Origin: Felis catus
Taxonomy: Eukaryota
Reading direction: 5' to 3'
Assembly (NCBI RefSeq): GCF_018350175.1
Contig: NC_058368.1
Location: 53,136,001 to 53,200,000, forward strand
DNA: 64,000 nt
Part shown: in pieces, positions 39,111 through 52,950 of the stretch
Numbering within the stretch: position 1 is the stretch's first letter
Layout: each line of letters starts with the position of its first letter
The notes under the pieces: generated by a model
What the model was told of the DNA's origin: nothing
What the model saw: the letters and a program-made list of their open reading frames with translations, nothing else
Database searches by the model: none
Translations under genes and position numbers: made by a program

Positions 39111-39650
39111 TGTTAAATTAAACAAGAAGGACATTGGACTGAGGTGATGCTAATGCCCTAGCAGCCTCCATAAACAAACCAAAACCCAGGTTTGTAAATG
39201 CCTGAAGGCCAAGAAATCAAAACCTAATGGGGCACCTGGGTGGCTCAGTCTGTTAAGCGCCTGACTCTTGGTTTCAGCTCAGGTCATGCTATGGCGGAGA
39301 CTGCTGGAGATTCTCTCCCTCCCTCTCTCACTGCCCCTCCCCAACTCGTGCTGTCTCTGTCCTCTCAAAATAAATAAACAAACTTAAAAAAAAAAATCAA
39401 AACTTAAAGACAACTAATCACTAACAGCCAGCTAGGCTCTACCAAATAAGGCAGCCACTTAGGCAACAGCCAATCAAGTAATTTCTTTGCTGTGCTTCCG
39501 CAACCTCTCTATGAAGTGTTGCCCCTAGCTCCTCTCAGTCGAGCATTCCTAACCATCTCCGGTTTGGTGCTGCCTGATTCGAATCAATTTTTGTTCAAAT
39601 AAACTCTTAAAAATGTTATTATGAGTTTGTTATCAGTTTATCTTTTAACA
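39111..39650 (+). mobile_element. Solo ERV1-class LTR (MER34-like) containing a deleted CanSINE (39229-39393)
   Basis: Termini tgttaaa...tttaaca (inverted repeat), 4 bp TSD tgtc at 39107-39110 and 39651-39654, CCAAT box near 39470, AATAAA near 39598; SINE TSD aaatcaaaac(c/t)taa. Confidence 0.85.
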
Positions 39651-40050
39651 TGTCTTAAGAAGCTTCTTAAATCAGCACCATTGTCTTAGTCATCAGTGTA
39701 TCCTCCAGAAGTTACAGTATTTTCTGGCTCATGGTAGGTGCTGAATGAGTGTTTGTGGAATGACTGAATTAATATTTAGCCCACCAGGATATAGGTGGGT
39801 CATTAGGATAGGTGGGTCCTGATTTAGCCCATAAGGATATAGGTGAGTCACAGTGTAAAATTTGACTTCATTTTCAGCGCAAGTGCCCTTTCTATATCCA
39901 GGGTCTATGAAATCATTTTTGATTCCCAGAGCAAGAAATCTAACTTTATCAAATTGGAAATAAATGTTCTGTTGTAATCACTTCACCACGTAGACGGAGC
40001 TATAGAAAGGCCAACTAGGCTTCCTCATTCTTTAGAAAGTTTAAGCCTCA

Positions 40051-40262
40051 GGGCACCTGGGTGGTTCAGTCAGTCGAGTATCTGACTCTTGATTTCAGTT
40101 CAGGTCATGATCTCACATTTTATGACATCAAGCCCTGTGTTGGGTTCTGCACTGATGGCTTGGAGCCTGCTTGGGGTTGTTTCTTTGCTCCTCACCCCCT
40201 CTCCCCAGCTCTCTCTCTCTCTCTCTCTCAAAATAAATAAATAAATATTTTTTTAAAATAAT
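40051..40262 (+). mobile_element. CanSINE (older)
   Basis: TSD gtttaagcctca at 40039-40050 and 40263-40274. Confidence 0.93.
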
Positions 40263-40453
40263 GTTTAAGCCTCAAATGATCCTGATCCAACTGAGGCTGA
40301 CCCTCAAGCTTTGTTTTCTAGGCTGGTAGCAAGACCTAAGGGAAAAGACAGATCAGGACATCCATTCACTTTAGACAACATTAACAATTGATTCAGATCA
40401 CAACTAATGGATCCAACTTTGGCTGTCAGTGTATATTAAATGTGAAGATGGGA

Positions 40454-40674
40454 GGGGCGCCTGGGTGGCTCAGTCGGTTAAGCGTCCAACTTCAGCTCAG
40501 GTCACAATCTGCGGTCCGTGAGTTCGAGCCCCGAGTCGGGCTCTGGGCTGATGGCTCAGAGCCTGGAGCCTGCTTCTGGTTCTGTGTCTCCCTCTCTCTC
40601 TGCCCCTCCCCCGTTCATGCTCTGTCTCTCTCTGTCTCAAAAATAAATAAACGTTAAAAAAAAATAAAAAAAAA
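40454..40674 (+). mobile_element. Feline CanSINE
   Basis: TSD taaatgtgaagatggg at 40437-40452 and 40675-40690. Confidence 0.96.
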
Positions 40675-41111
40675 TAAATGTGAAGATGGGCTAAATTAAC
40701 AGATAGAGCCTGTTTTTCTCACACTCCAATAGCCTCTTGACCCCCTCCCCGATTCATCTCTGCCTCCTTAGTTACGCACCAAAAATTTGGAAGATGGGTT
40801 ATCCAAAGAGCACAGAAGTAGAAGGAGCAAATTTTTCACCTGTGCTTGCCAGAAGCCAATGCCCGCTTTCCTTTGTACACATTCCTGAGCCTAGCCTCAG
40901 AAAATCCAGAACTAGCCTTCCCCAGGCCTAATGGATATGCATTCTAGGAGCATTCCAGACTCTAACAGCATTCTAGACCACCTAAAGCCCTTCATATGCC
41001 AATGAATTTGTGAGGCTTGTTGATAAAGAATTTAGAACCCTGTGTAAGCTCCACCCACTCAATACTATTAGAGAATCTCACTTTTAACCTAACATCAAGT
41101 TCCCATACAAT

Positions 41112-41550
41112 TGTAGGGTATACTCCTTAGGAAGCAGTATCTGAGATAGAGTTTGCTGTGCAAGCTATGTATTAAGAAGGGACCTCAGAATTAACACTTG
41201 AGGAAGAGAGGGAAAGGGAATAGCAGAGGGCAAAGGAAGAAGTCAAGCATTGATGCAGGCCAATTGACACCTCAGCTGATCCCACAGGAAGCTCTGAAGC
41301 TAGGACATAACTTTGGGGTTGTCTGAGTTGGGCAAAAGTGGCCATGCCCTTATACAACTGCATCCACCAATCATTAGATGTGGGCCACCCTGGGAAGGGA
41401 TATGATATTTGATGAGGTAGCTCTCTCAAGCTGAGACAATCCTGAAGGTGTTGACAGCTGAAAGCTGTTGGTGGCAGCTCTCCCAGCAGCTGAGGTAGTG
41501 AGTCTTCCCTTGAAGGGGAGATCTGCAGGGCACATCACAGTGTTCTCACG
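41112..41550 (-). mobile_element. ERVL LTR (LTR16-like)
   Basis: cctcagctgatcccacaggaagctctgaagctagg and ccttgaaggggagatctg motifs resemble LTR16 as recalled. Confidence 0.65.
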
Positions 41551-41600
41551 CATGAGTGAAGTAGGCTTGATATTAGGCTCTCTCCATTTAGCAAGTAGAA

Positions 41601-42928
41601 CAGCAATACCCAAACCTTTTGGTCTCATCACCCCTCTCCACTCTTAGAAGCTATTAAAGACACAAAGAATGTTTGTGTGGATTATTTTTTTCCTTAACAG
41701 AAATTAAAACTGAGAAAATTTTTAAATATGTATTAACCTATTTTAAAATAGCAACATAAATCTACTCTCTATTGAAAAAGAAACCCTATATTTTCAAAAA
41801 CAAAAAAAATAGTGATAATAGTGACATTGTTTTCCATATTTTACTCAGCTCTTTATGTCTGGCTTGATGGAAGACAGCTGACTACATTACTTCTGCATTT
41901 AATCTATTCCAATAGCCTTTTTTTTAGTTGAAGTATATGAAGAAAATCCAGCCTCACACAGATATGCAGCTAGAGAAGGGAAAAGTATTTTTATACCCTT
42001 TCAAGTAATTTAAGATGTTGTTATTCAACACTACACCAAAAGTCAACAAATGGTAGTTTCTTAAAAGATAGTAGTAACATGGAAATGGAAACCATATCAA
42101 TGAACTTTACAACTCCAATTACTACTCTGTTACATTGAATATATTAATCTATCTTACCTTTCAAACGAATCTTTACTCCTGCATGTTTTTGGTAACTCAT
42201 GCATTCCATCATACAACATCAAAAACTGACATTTGTCAATGTCTCCACCAATCTTATCGGAAAAAGTGTTTAAATATTAAAGAGTTGTCAAGTTCGGGGG
42301 TGACATATCCAAGTTTTTCAACATTCTGTTTTATTTGGAAGTCTGGATTTTATTCTTGGAAACAAAATTTGTCAGTTGTTTTCCTTAAAAGGGACAGGTT
42401 AATTTTGTTTATTTTCAAGAAACATCTACCAAATACCCATCTGAATAACCATGGTTTATTTGTCAGTCATTCTTTTGGTAAGCATGATGTTTCATGAAGA
42501 AAGGAGCCAGTTGAGCAACTAAGGCACACCAACACACCAGTTCTTTCTCTTAAGACATCCATTGGACCTTGGTGTGCAACACCATTGTATTCATGGGCAC
42601 TTCCAATTTTATCGATAGAATATCGAAAAGGTATGTTCTTAGGATTGAGATTTAATAATATTAGTAATTTGTATTGCTTCATCAAATATATTCTGTGAGT
42701 GACAGTGAAGAACATGACTATGGCCACAATTGGTGACACGGTCAAACTATGCTGAGGTTCCAGCACTTGAACCCACCATTGCTTTTTCACCAACAGTGCA
42801 AATATCAACACAGTGAAACATGCAAATAATGTCTTAGTATTATTATGTCAACAATCTTGACCATGTGGATTCCTGAGAGGATCTAGGTGAACCCATAAGT
42901 GTTCACAGACATACATTGACAAGAACTG
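41601..42928. mobile_element. hAT Charlie1-type DNA transposon remnant
   Basis: Starts cagcaatacccaaaccttttggtctca..., ends ...catacattgacaagaactg; internal sequence resembles Charlie1a as recalled. Confidence 0.75.
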
Positions 42929-45449
42929 AGAAAAAATATTGAAAATACAATATAACAAGCCTCAAAAAAGTCACAATAATAAACCAGACACCTAAATTAA
43001 GAGTCCCACAAACTTATATGTCTTGATTCTGGATTTTTTTTCCTACCCTATACCTGAAAAATATTTTTAAATTTTATTATTACGTGTCCAGGACAATATT
43101 TTTTTCTCTCTCCCAAATAGGGGATGCTTTGGGGAGTTTTTCCCTAGAAAATTCTAAGCTGGCTTTGAGATCCTCTTCTAAAAAGCATAAGATAATGTCG
43201 AGGGCAGTGTGGTCTCAGCACAAAATCATGGAAATATCATTTGTGCTAAGTTATCAGACCTACAAAAGTTCTTAGAACTTGAGATCCAATATAATTGATT
43301 TTTTTCAGGGAGAGAAGGAAAAGGTAGGGAATTTTACCAGGTATTTGGTCTTTGACAGAGCAGTGCTAGGTCTTTGCTCTCTAAATCTAAGTGTGGTAGT
43401 TTGTGGTCTAACTTACTTCAGAAAAAAAATTCTCCATTAATATGCAGAAAAAGAAATTTATAGCTACTCTGATAAAATAGAAAGCAACCAGAAATAAATT
43501 TGTTTAATAAAGGAAATTGAGAATGCTGTATATATCCCTAGATATTCCAGTTACACTACCTCGCCAACTTAATCTAGTTACCTAGTAGTAAGGCAATTAC
43601 ACAATGAAGATTTAGGGGTAATATAAATTTAGGGTTCAGTTGTGATCTCGGACGCTTATAACAAAATATTTCTTGTGGGAAAGCAAGCCCCTTGACAATC
43701 TTTACATTGTTGTGTACAATTAAGTGACAATTTATTCTGGTTTTGTTTTTAATGGGACTCGTCATTTACTGTCATTACTAGTCCACAAGAGAGAACACTT
43801 CAGTGTTGTCTTTATTTTTCTCTTCAGAACAGAATCTGCACTAAGCCATCAGAATTTGCTTTTCTAGCAATGAAAAAAGCTTGTGACTTATGGAAAGCCA
43901 GCTCCATCTAGCTGTCCATCCTATATCATTCCTCTGTCCATTCCATAAATATAAAGTAATGTGTATGAGCTATAATCAAAATGTAGGTTCTTCTAAAATA
44001 GGTCCTTGCCAAATGGACAGATTAGTGACCTCAAGTATAAATACTTTTAACGATATTGATACATATCCATTTATTTCTATCATTTTTCTCCTCTTTGCCT
44101 TTATTGAAAATAGAGGCGGTTATTCTAAGGAAAGACTCTAACATCAGCATTATATTAAAACACACACACACAAATGCACACACCTTGCTTCCTTTATTAA
44201 GTTTGAAATCTAGGTCTAGCATTTCATGATGGTTAAAAGATAACTAGATTAAATGTTCAAATGATATTACATTTGAGGTTGTTTATTGTGTGCATATGAA
44301 TCTTTATAAAAAATATGCTAAAGCTCTTCTCCTGAGACTTCTGAAGGAATGGTCTCCAATCTCTCTTGTTGAAATCAATCTAAAAATATTTAGCATTGTG
44401 TAAATCTTGTGGTAGCAACATGCATCTTTATTAGGTCATGCCAATATTAAAGAGATTTACCAAAAAAACTCAGTCCTTGCAGCATACATTTCCTATATTG
44501 TTATTATTAAATTATTCTTAAATTGGAAAATTAATAAATCCCATAGGTAATTATGTTCTTGGTTGAGGGTAGGAATTTCCATTGTCACTGCAATTTTATC
44601 ACTAAAAAGATGCACTAACATCTTCATGAATTCACTTAAAACCATTATTTCACTTCAAAGAGCTCCACATACATTTCAAAATATGTTGCTTTAACACATT
44701 TTCAGTGCATTTTCATCAATATTTCATTTCACTATCACCCCGCCTTACCTCTAGTCACAAACAATAAAGCAGGGCAGTCAGGCAGTTTAACACAGCTTGA
44801 GTTCAGCAACCACCTTACACTACGATCTTCATTCAAATATCAAAATGCACTCTACGGGACAAAAGAATTTCTTTGCAGTTGGAAAATACGACTTTATAAA
44901 TTGTTTAAAGTTTAAAAACCTCTGAACATACTCATCATCATATTGGATTTCTTAGACGCCACCATGTTCTATTTGGCTCACAGCCTACATTTGTAAAGAT
45001 GGCATTGCTATTCATGAAGAGTAAAAAGAAGGATGTCACACGTAGAAATCCACTTAAACTGCCTTTCTGTTGAGGCTGAATGCTGTCCATCAGCTCTTTC
45101 ATTCATCCACACAATACAATTTTGCAAGCCTGCTATATACACAGAGCTCTTCAGTGTGCTATATCCTTAGACTCTTAAAAGAAAATATAGCCTAAGTTTT
45201 CCCACCTTCAGGTATTGTACAAGCAATGCAAAGAGTGATGACAAGCTTTACATTTCTTCCACTAGCTCTCTTCAGGGTTAAGACATATGCCTTGTTAAAA
45301 GACATCGATGGCCATTAATAAGGTAGCATGATTTTGATCATCGGAAGAACCAACAGGAAGAGATTCACTGAGGGATGGAGTCAGGACTCATAACTTTATC
45401 AGAAACATGATAGAGTGCCAGGCAAATATATATGCTAATGGTGAATGGC

Positions 45450-45675
45450 ATGGTGAGTAGTGTAGAACAGAAAGAACATGAATCTAGAATCTAGTGTCAG
45501 GCACGTGTGTTGACTCCCAGCATCACGACCACTGACTGTACGAATGAGTGATACATCTCATTTCACTGAATTTCTGTTTCTTCATAGGCATAATGAAAAT
45601 AATAAAGTATTTCTCAAAAGGCTAATGTGATAATGTATGTGTAACTACAGGCACAGACAGTATACTCAAAATTCT
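45450..45675 (+). mobile_element. MIR remnant
   Basis: tttcactgaatttctgtttcttcataggcataatgaaaataataaagta core motif. Confidence 0.65.
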
Positions 45676-45882
45676 GTAGCTACTTTTGCCTCCTTTTTTA
45701 TGATAGACACAAGTGTAATGCAGAATGGCTACTAGAAGACACTAGTGTCATGGATATGGTGAGGAATAAATTTGGGTGATCCAAATTCCAGCAATTTAAG
45801 GATCTGAAAACCAGCTTCAAACTTGCCTAGAACAAGGACACAGAGAATATTAGATCCAAAAGTCAAAAAGTGTTTTGGTTAA

Positions 45883-46091
45883 TAAGAAACTCTTATATAG
45901 AGAACAAGTTGAGGGCTGCTGTAGGGCTTTTGGGTGGGGGGATGGGCTAAATGGGTGATGGACATTAGGAGGGCACTCATTGGGATGAGCACTGGGTGTT
46001 ATATGTAAGTCATGAATCACTGGATTCTACTCCTGAAACCAATACTATGCTGTATGATAACTAACTTGGATTTAAATAAATAAATGTGTTT
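45883..46091 (+). mobile_element. Short L1 3'UTR insertion
   Basis: TSD aagtgttttggttaa at 45868-45882 and 46092-46106. Confidence 0.92.
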
Positions 46092-49000
46092 AAGTGTTTT
46101 GGTTAAAGCACATACTACAAAAGGACTTTATAGGTCACTCTGAGTAAAGGCTCTAAACATTTACAATACATACCCCAGGTATTCCCAAAATCAGTTTAAG
46201 CCTCTTATATGTATTCTTACTAGGTCAAATTTGTCCTTAGAAAGCAGGACACTCTCAAACTCATGTTTTGTGCTTCTTTCTTCTTCCATCTTTTCTCTCA
46301 TCAGATAATCTTCTAAATGTACCTTTAAATGGTTCCTAGTATCACAGAACCACCACTTTTTATTTACAGAAAACAAAGACATTCCCCTTTACTTAAATTT
46401 CAGGATGCTCAAGATGAGATTAAAAAGAGCCAAATACACATGCTAATTGAAAATGTTTCAAAAGGAAATTTCAATCATTGTACAAATCCATTAAATGCAA
46501 AACCGTCATGAAACACAATGGATTAGAAACCGTCTCCTCTCTCCTATTGGTTTGTGTTCATGAGATTACTAATATGGAGCCTCACACAGGTTAGAATCTA
46601 CCTATGTAAATATTGCATAATTATAGACACCTTAGCCAAATCTCAGGGTTCTAAGGTCTTTGGTTCTTCTATTTTATATAGCCTAAGCACCTAATGTGGC
46701 AGGACCAATCTCCATAGAGACATGTTGTACCAGGGTGCCAATGCACAATCTTTTCTTCCATTCCTGAATTTGACAAATATCTTGAGCACCATTATGGTGG
46801 AGTCTTCTTCATATTAGCAATATCATCTTTTATCCATAATAAAATCACTTGGCCTTCAGTTAATTTACCACAAACTTTCACAAATCAATATATAAACTCT
46901 TATTAGTCTTCTTTATAGCTTCATTACATTTATAATGATTTCTAAGTTTGGATAACTCCAAGGAGGATGTTTGTGGATAATGTTCAACTGATGTTGTGGA
47001 AGAACCTTGAACCTGGCAGTATCAGAAGTGATTCTGCCAATCCCAAATGATGTGAAACACAGGGAAGATTACCTGAACTGTAAATGATCAACAATGCCAA
47101 GAGTTTTCATTTGTGAATTTTGGCAAATGTGGCTTGCTTTACTTCTAATACCTTATTTATTTAATAAAATCCTCATTCAGTGCTCACCGTGTGCCAGGCA
47201 TTGCTCTGTGTACTTTACAAATAATGTGCCATGTATGCCAAAGTTACTTTTTAAAAACATGATACTAAAACTACCAATATCCTTTCATTTGAAAGCCTGG
47301 TGGCAACAACAGCACAAGCCCTCCCAGCAGCTTTGTTGCACCGTGCACAAAAGAAAGCAAATTAGCATTGACAGCACTTGCTCTCATTTAGAGAAGAATC
47401 CCGTCTCTTGGTACTCTTACATATTCATAGCATTGTAACAATTGATGATCTTTATAAATTTCTCTAGAAATCAATCCAGATTAGGAAACTTGGCTATCAC
47501 AATACCAAGTTGTCGCCAATCTGACTTTACCCACAGGAACAAAGTGTTGCTTCATTACATTTCTATCGTGTTTCATGATGAGAATCCAACTCCAAGCACT
47601 CACAGACTTCCAGTGGTCCACACCTCCTAGAAAGATTTCCTTGGAGAGCCATTTGCTCCATATTTAACTCCCAGGAGCTCCCATAAGCTGCACAGAGGCA
47701 ATGCTATGCAGAGAGGACTGAAAGATGAGGGGTATGAATGACTCCCTAAAATAAATGCGAAGGTAACTTAAATGTCTCATAATACCTCGCCACCCTGCAA
47801 ATGGGGAGACCAGATAAACAGGTCATCACTTTCACACTCGTTCTGTTAAAATGCAAGCATACCAACCTTACCATTCATAGACTCTACCTACTCTGAATAC
47901 CAAAGACAGCTGGAAGGTGCCAGTGTGGAAGATGGCAATTGCACCAAGGACTCAGACACATGTAGTTCCTACATTTCTGCATTCTGCTTCAAAATTGAGT
48001 CCCCTCTATAAGGAGAAAAAAAAACCAAAACCTAAAACTGGGTGGATGAAGATGAGACATCCATGGTCAAAGGATAGTGGCTGGTCACAGGTAAACTCCC
48101 TGCTGAAAAGCTGAGAAAGTACAATGCTGGAAACAAAGGACAAAGCAAAAGTTGAAAATAAAAAGAACTGAAAAAGCAAAACCATCCATACGGATATTTA
48201 GAGTTCCATTTGAAAAAAAAAAAAGAAATTAAGTGAGAATAACTTGTTCCAGGGAAATGCTTTTCTCTTCCTTCTTTCTTTTGCTTCTTCCCTAAAAAGC
48301 AAGGATATTAGTGTCTTCTCAGTCTCTCACTGCCCACTTCCTCACCACAGCCGGAGGAGGAGTGGTGTATGTGCTTGGCAAATGCAGACAAGTGTTCGGG
48401 GACTTATCCTTATGGAGTGGTCCTGCTCTAATCTAGTGCTGCCAAGATGGGGTGTGGGGAGACAGCCTGCCCAGTCTGGGTTCAAGATCAGCAAGCTCGC
48501 TAGAGTAACAGATTTAAAGTTCTCTCACTCAGCCTGAACTCTACCAGAGGCAAAGTGGGCATTTTGTATTCAATATTTACCGTTTTGTTTCTCAGTCTGC
48601 TTGGAACCCAGGTGGGGAACAGGGTTGCTACTAATGGGAGACCACCTTGGAGATGCCTTAGACATTCATCGTTCAAATGAAATATGACTCACAGGGCACT
48701 CTTCCACACATAGGACTACTTCTCGAGAGAACCGAGTCGTTAGCTTGTTCAAGGTCCCTATCCTTCAACTTCCCCACTGCTTTTTCACCAGTAAATCTCC
48801 AGCCATCTCTTTCCCAAGCTCCTCCTACACTCTTGTCTGCCTTCTTGCCCCCTCAAAAACGACTTCCATGTGCTTCATTCACACCAACATGTAAATGACT
48901 GAGAATAGTTTATAGTGGGTTAGCTCATCAGAATCCATCTCTTCAGATCACTCAGGAATCTTTAACATACCAGACCCAGAAGACTTCAAAATAAACCGAA

Positions 49001-49226
49001 AGTCCCTGTAGGAAAAGTGTGGCAACTGGGGCAACCAGAAATAATAAATGCATGTGAGAAAAGTTACTGATTTCACCCAATGTGTCTTTGTGTGGGAGAA
49101 ATTTGGAACTATGCATTTCACAGTGTATTTTTACCAAATAAGCAAATAATTGAGAAGGAGAAAGACTATGTCAAAAACATAATTTTTTTCTAGCCAGCCT
49201 GTAGTCATTCTTTAAGACTGATTTTA

Positions 49227-49436
49227 TTTTATTTTTTAAATATAATTCATTGTCAAGCTAGCTAACATACAGTATATATAGTGTGCTCTTGGCTTCAGGA
49301 ATAGATTCCCATGATTCATCGCTTACATACAACACCCAGTGCTCATCCCAACAAGTGCCCTGCTCAATGCCCATCACCCATCTTCCCCACCCCCTTGCCT
49401 GCCCCATCAACCCTGTTTTTTTCTCTGTATTTAAGA
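49227..49436 (-). mobile_element. Short L1 3'UTR insertion
   Basis: TSD tttaagactgatttta at 49211-49226 and 49437-49452. Confidence 0.93.
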
Positions 49437-49840
49437 TTTAAGACTGATTTTAAATGTTGTTCCATTGTTAAGATCTGATTCTGTTAAGATTTTTTCACAT
49501 GTGGCAAGTTTCTTCCTCATCCATGCCTCTCACAAAGACCACAGGGCTCTTCTCCCCTAATTCTCCACATTGTCTTGATTTGTCTGCAGATCTATGTCTT
49601 CAAGGATGCAAACAGTATCTTGTTTGTGCATTTCCAGCTTGATACCCAGAAGTTTACCATAAATGTGTGGGAAATTTAATGGAATTTTACCAGATGGTCA
49701 GAGCTCAATGAGAAGGAAAAGAAGAAGGCTCACATATCTTGAAAAAATTAATCTTGGGAAACCAAGAAGTATCAAAGAAACTCTAAGGGTCAGAAAAAAA
49801 CAGAAGGATGGAAAGGAAAGAAAAACCTAACACAATAGAT

Positions 49841-50062
49841 GGGTGTCTGGCTGGCTTGGTCCAAAGAGCATGTGACTCTTGATCTTAGGGTTGTAAGTTC
49901 AAGCCCCACATTATTACTTAAATAAATAAATAAACTGGGGCACCAAGATGGCTCAGTCAGTTAAACGTCCAGCTCTTGGTTTTGGCTCAGGTCATGATTT
50001 CACGGTTTCATGAGTTTGAGCCCCGTGTTGGGCTCTGTGCTGGCAACAAGGAGACTGTTGGG

Positions 50063-50100
<38 letters not shown>

Positions 50101-50440
50101 CTTCCCCCATTTGCACTGTCTCTCTGTCTCTCTCAAAATAAATAAATAAACTTAAAAATAATCATAATAAATAAATAAACTTTAAAAATAAAAATAAGGA
50201 CACCTGGGTGTCTCAGTCAGTTGAGCAACCGACTCTTGATTTCAGCTCAGGTCATGGTTTGTGGGTTTGAGCCCCATATCAGGTTCTGTGCTGGGAGCAT
50301 GCAGCCTGCTTGCGATTCTCTCTCTCTCTCTCTCTCTCTCTCCCTCTCTCTGCCCCTCCCCAGTTCGTGATCTCTCTCAAAGAAATAAACATTTAAAAAT
50401 AAGTAAAAATAAACAGTAAATTTGCTTTTTTTAAAAAAAA
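49841..50440 (+). mobile_element. Three tandem CanSINEs (starts 49841, 49937, 50198)
   Basis: Three SINE heads in one A-rich tail; outer TSD core acaataga at 49832-49839 and 50443-50450. Confidence 0.9.
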
Positions 50441-50894
50441 GTACAATAGAAATAACTTCAGAGGCAGATATGATGATGACAGGCACATTTAGAAGTGTCA
50501 GAGAGGTTGGAATACTCAGAACTCTGACAACAGAGAAGACAGTTCCCCGTAAAGACAGAAGGGAGAGTGGCAGGCACCAGTACAGCAGGCAGATGGTTAG
50601 AATCTCTCTGACCTGGGAGCAAATAACCACAGCCGGGACCTTAAGATGTCCATCTTCTTCCATCTAGGAAACTTGGCTGTAAAAGCTGCTAACTCTCTTA
50701 AGCAGTATAGCCAAGGTCAAAGACCTATAGCCTTAAGCTAAAGAGTTAAAACCCCAAAGAGGAATTTTAGTAAGTATGAAATAATTTGAAGACATAAAGC
50801 ATCTTCGATTTAAGGAACTGGACCTTTTGATTAATAAAAAGCAAAGACAAAACTGAATAAACACCCCAAAAAAGTCAAATGTTAATAACTTTTA

Positions 50895-51252
50895 TATTAT
50901 TCAGCCTTAAAAAGGAAAGAAATTCTGACACATGCTATAATATGCATGAACCTAGAGGTTACTATGCTAAGTGAGATAAGGCAGTCATAAAAAGACAAAC
51001 AGTATGATTCCATTTATATATCAAAAGTAGTCAAATTCATAGAAACAAAAAGTAAAATGATGGTTGCCAGAGGCTGAGGTGAGGGGGAGTTGTTGTGTAA
51101 TGGGTATAGAATTTTGCAAAATGGAAACATTCTAGAGATTGGGTGCACAACGATGTAGATATACTTAACATTACTGAACTGTACACTTAGAAATGGTTAA
51201 GTTGATAAATTTTATGTTATATACCCTTTGCCACCATAAAAAATAAAAATAA
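50895..51252 (+). mobile_element. Old L1 3' end (L1MB-like)
   Basis: cagccttaaaaaggaaagaaattctgacacatgc...actgaactgtacacttagaaatggttaag. Confidence 0.85.
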
Positions 51253-51512
51253 TGTTTCATTTTAATAACTTTGTTATAAATCAATAATATTATTGCAAAT
51301 GATTTTGGTTCAACTGACTTCAAGACACAGAAAAAAGGAATAGAAAGAAACATTTCAATTATAATCCAAATCAGATGAATATATTGAAATCCATTTGTTG
51401 TCTTAAATTTTCACAGAAGTAACACACATTTAAAAAAAAAAATCAAAAGTCTAAACCTACAACCAATATGTCTTCAGTCTATTTCATAGTTAAATCTTGT
51501 GTTTGGTTTTAA

Positions 51513-51725
51513 TTTTTTTTTTCAACGTTTATTTATTTTTGGGACAGAGAGAGACAGAGCATGAACGGGGGAGGGGCAGAGAGAGAGGGAGACACAGAAT
51601 CAGAAACAGGCTCCAGGCTCTGAGCCATCAGCCCTGAGCCTGACGCGGGGCTCGAACTCACGGACTGCGAGATCGTGACCTGGCTGAAGTCGGACGCTTA
51701 ACCGACTGCGCCACCCAGGCGCCCC
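51513..51725 (-). mobile_element. Young feline CanSINE
   Basis: Consensus-like CpG-rich body; short TSD ggttttaa. Confidence 0.95.
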
Positions 51726-52950
51726 GGGGTTTTAAAAAACACAAGATAAAAACTCTCTGATACTGGAAGCATTTACTATTTTCCCACCCACCCCAATACT
51801 AGTTAAGTTTTGCATTCTTGTACATTTCTCTCAGATTTTGTGCTTGGATTACTTTTTTTCTTTGGGCCTTTCAGAAGTGCCTGAAACCTATTTCTTTGTA
51901 CCTATGCTATGGGGGGGGGGGGGCGGTGGGGGGGAACCACAGACACATTTGTTTGATTGGAAATATTTAGGGGTGAGCAAAAAAATTTGCATTCTTGCTG
52001 ACAATTTCTACACTAAGTTTGGCCCAGTGGGATTAGAAGTCCCTCAGATATTAAACCTTGGAAAGAAGAATTTGTAATGGAAAGGCTGAAAGAACTTAAT
52101 TATAGCCAGTAGCACCACTTGAATACTTGAAGCGTACTCAAATGTGCTGTGTTATCAGAAGATCTTCAAAAAAGAAAAAAAAATCGGGGGAAGTTATGGA
52201 TGATACATTATAGACATCGCTAAAGAAGCAGTTTACCTCTGGGTCATGTGGGTTGGTCAGCCTAACCACAGAGGAACATGTGCAGTGCTAGTCAGGGAGC
52301 TCAGAGAGAGGCCACCCTTGCTTAGACTCCTAGAGTCACTAGAGCCATTTTCAAATAACTTTAGTTAACTCCTCTCAGGTATTTTGCTCAGGAAACCTGT
52401 GCTTTGTGTCCTTGGTGTCTAGATTGGGAAGAATCCATTCAGTTTCTCTTCTTTTAAAGTACAGGGCACCCACTGAAAGGTTTTTGTGTTTATTTGCAAG
52501 AATACAGTCCTCTTATATCTCCAGATTGCCCCTAGAATAGATCATTCTATGTCATCTTCCCCATTTCTTGCTTTTCCTCCCTTTCAGCTACAAAGCCTTG
52601 CCCAGTTCCCCCGACCAGTGCCGCTTCTGAGCTGAGAAACATGATGATCTGTTCACAGGAAAACACACAGGAACATTCCTGGACTTCCCACTTTCCTACC
52701 CACATCCCAGCTGAATTTAGGCCCCTGGGCCCATCCCTGAGGACCCATCCCTGGCATATGCACACAACATAGTGCTGGGGAATCAGTTCATGTACCTGGA
52801 AAGAAGAAAGTAGCCTTCAAGCCCAATAATCCCTATATAATACTATTCAGATAGTGCTATTTTTCTGAGAGGTGCTGTCCTTCCCTTGACCTGTCTAACT
52901 CCTGGAATCTAGTCCCTCATCTATCTTAACCACCTTTGTTGAAAGTATTT

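Noticed and set aside
50470..50527. ATGATGA...CTGA resembling a C/D-box snoRNA
   Set aside because: No terminal stem, no internal C'/D' boxes, and no recognisable rRNA antisense element.
51911..51934. Poly(G) run with quadruplex potential
   Set aside because: Isolated homopolymer with no promoter context; length is unreliable in assemblies.
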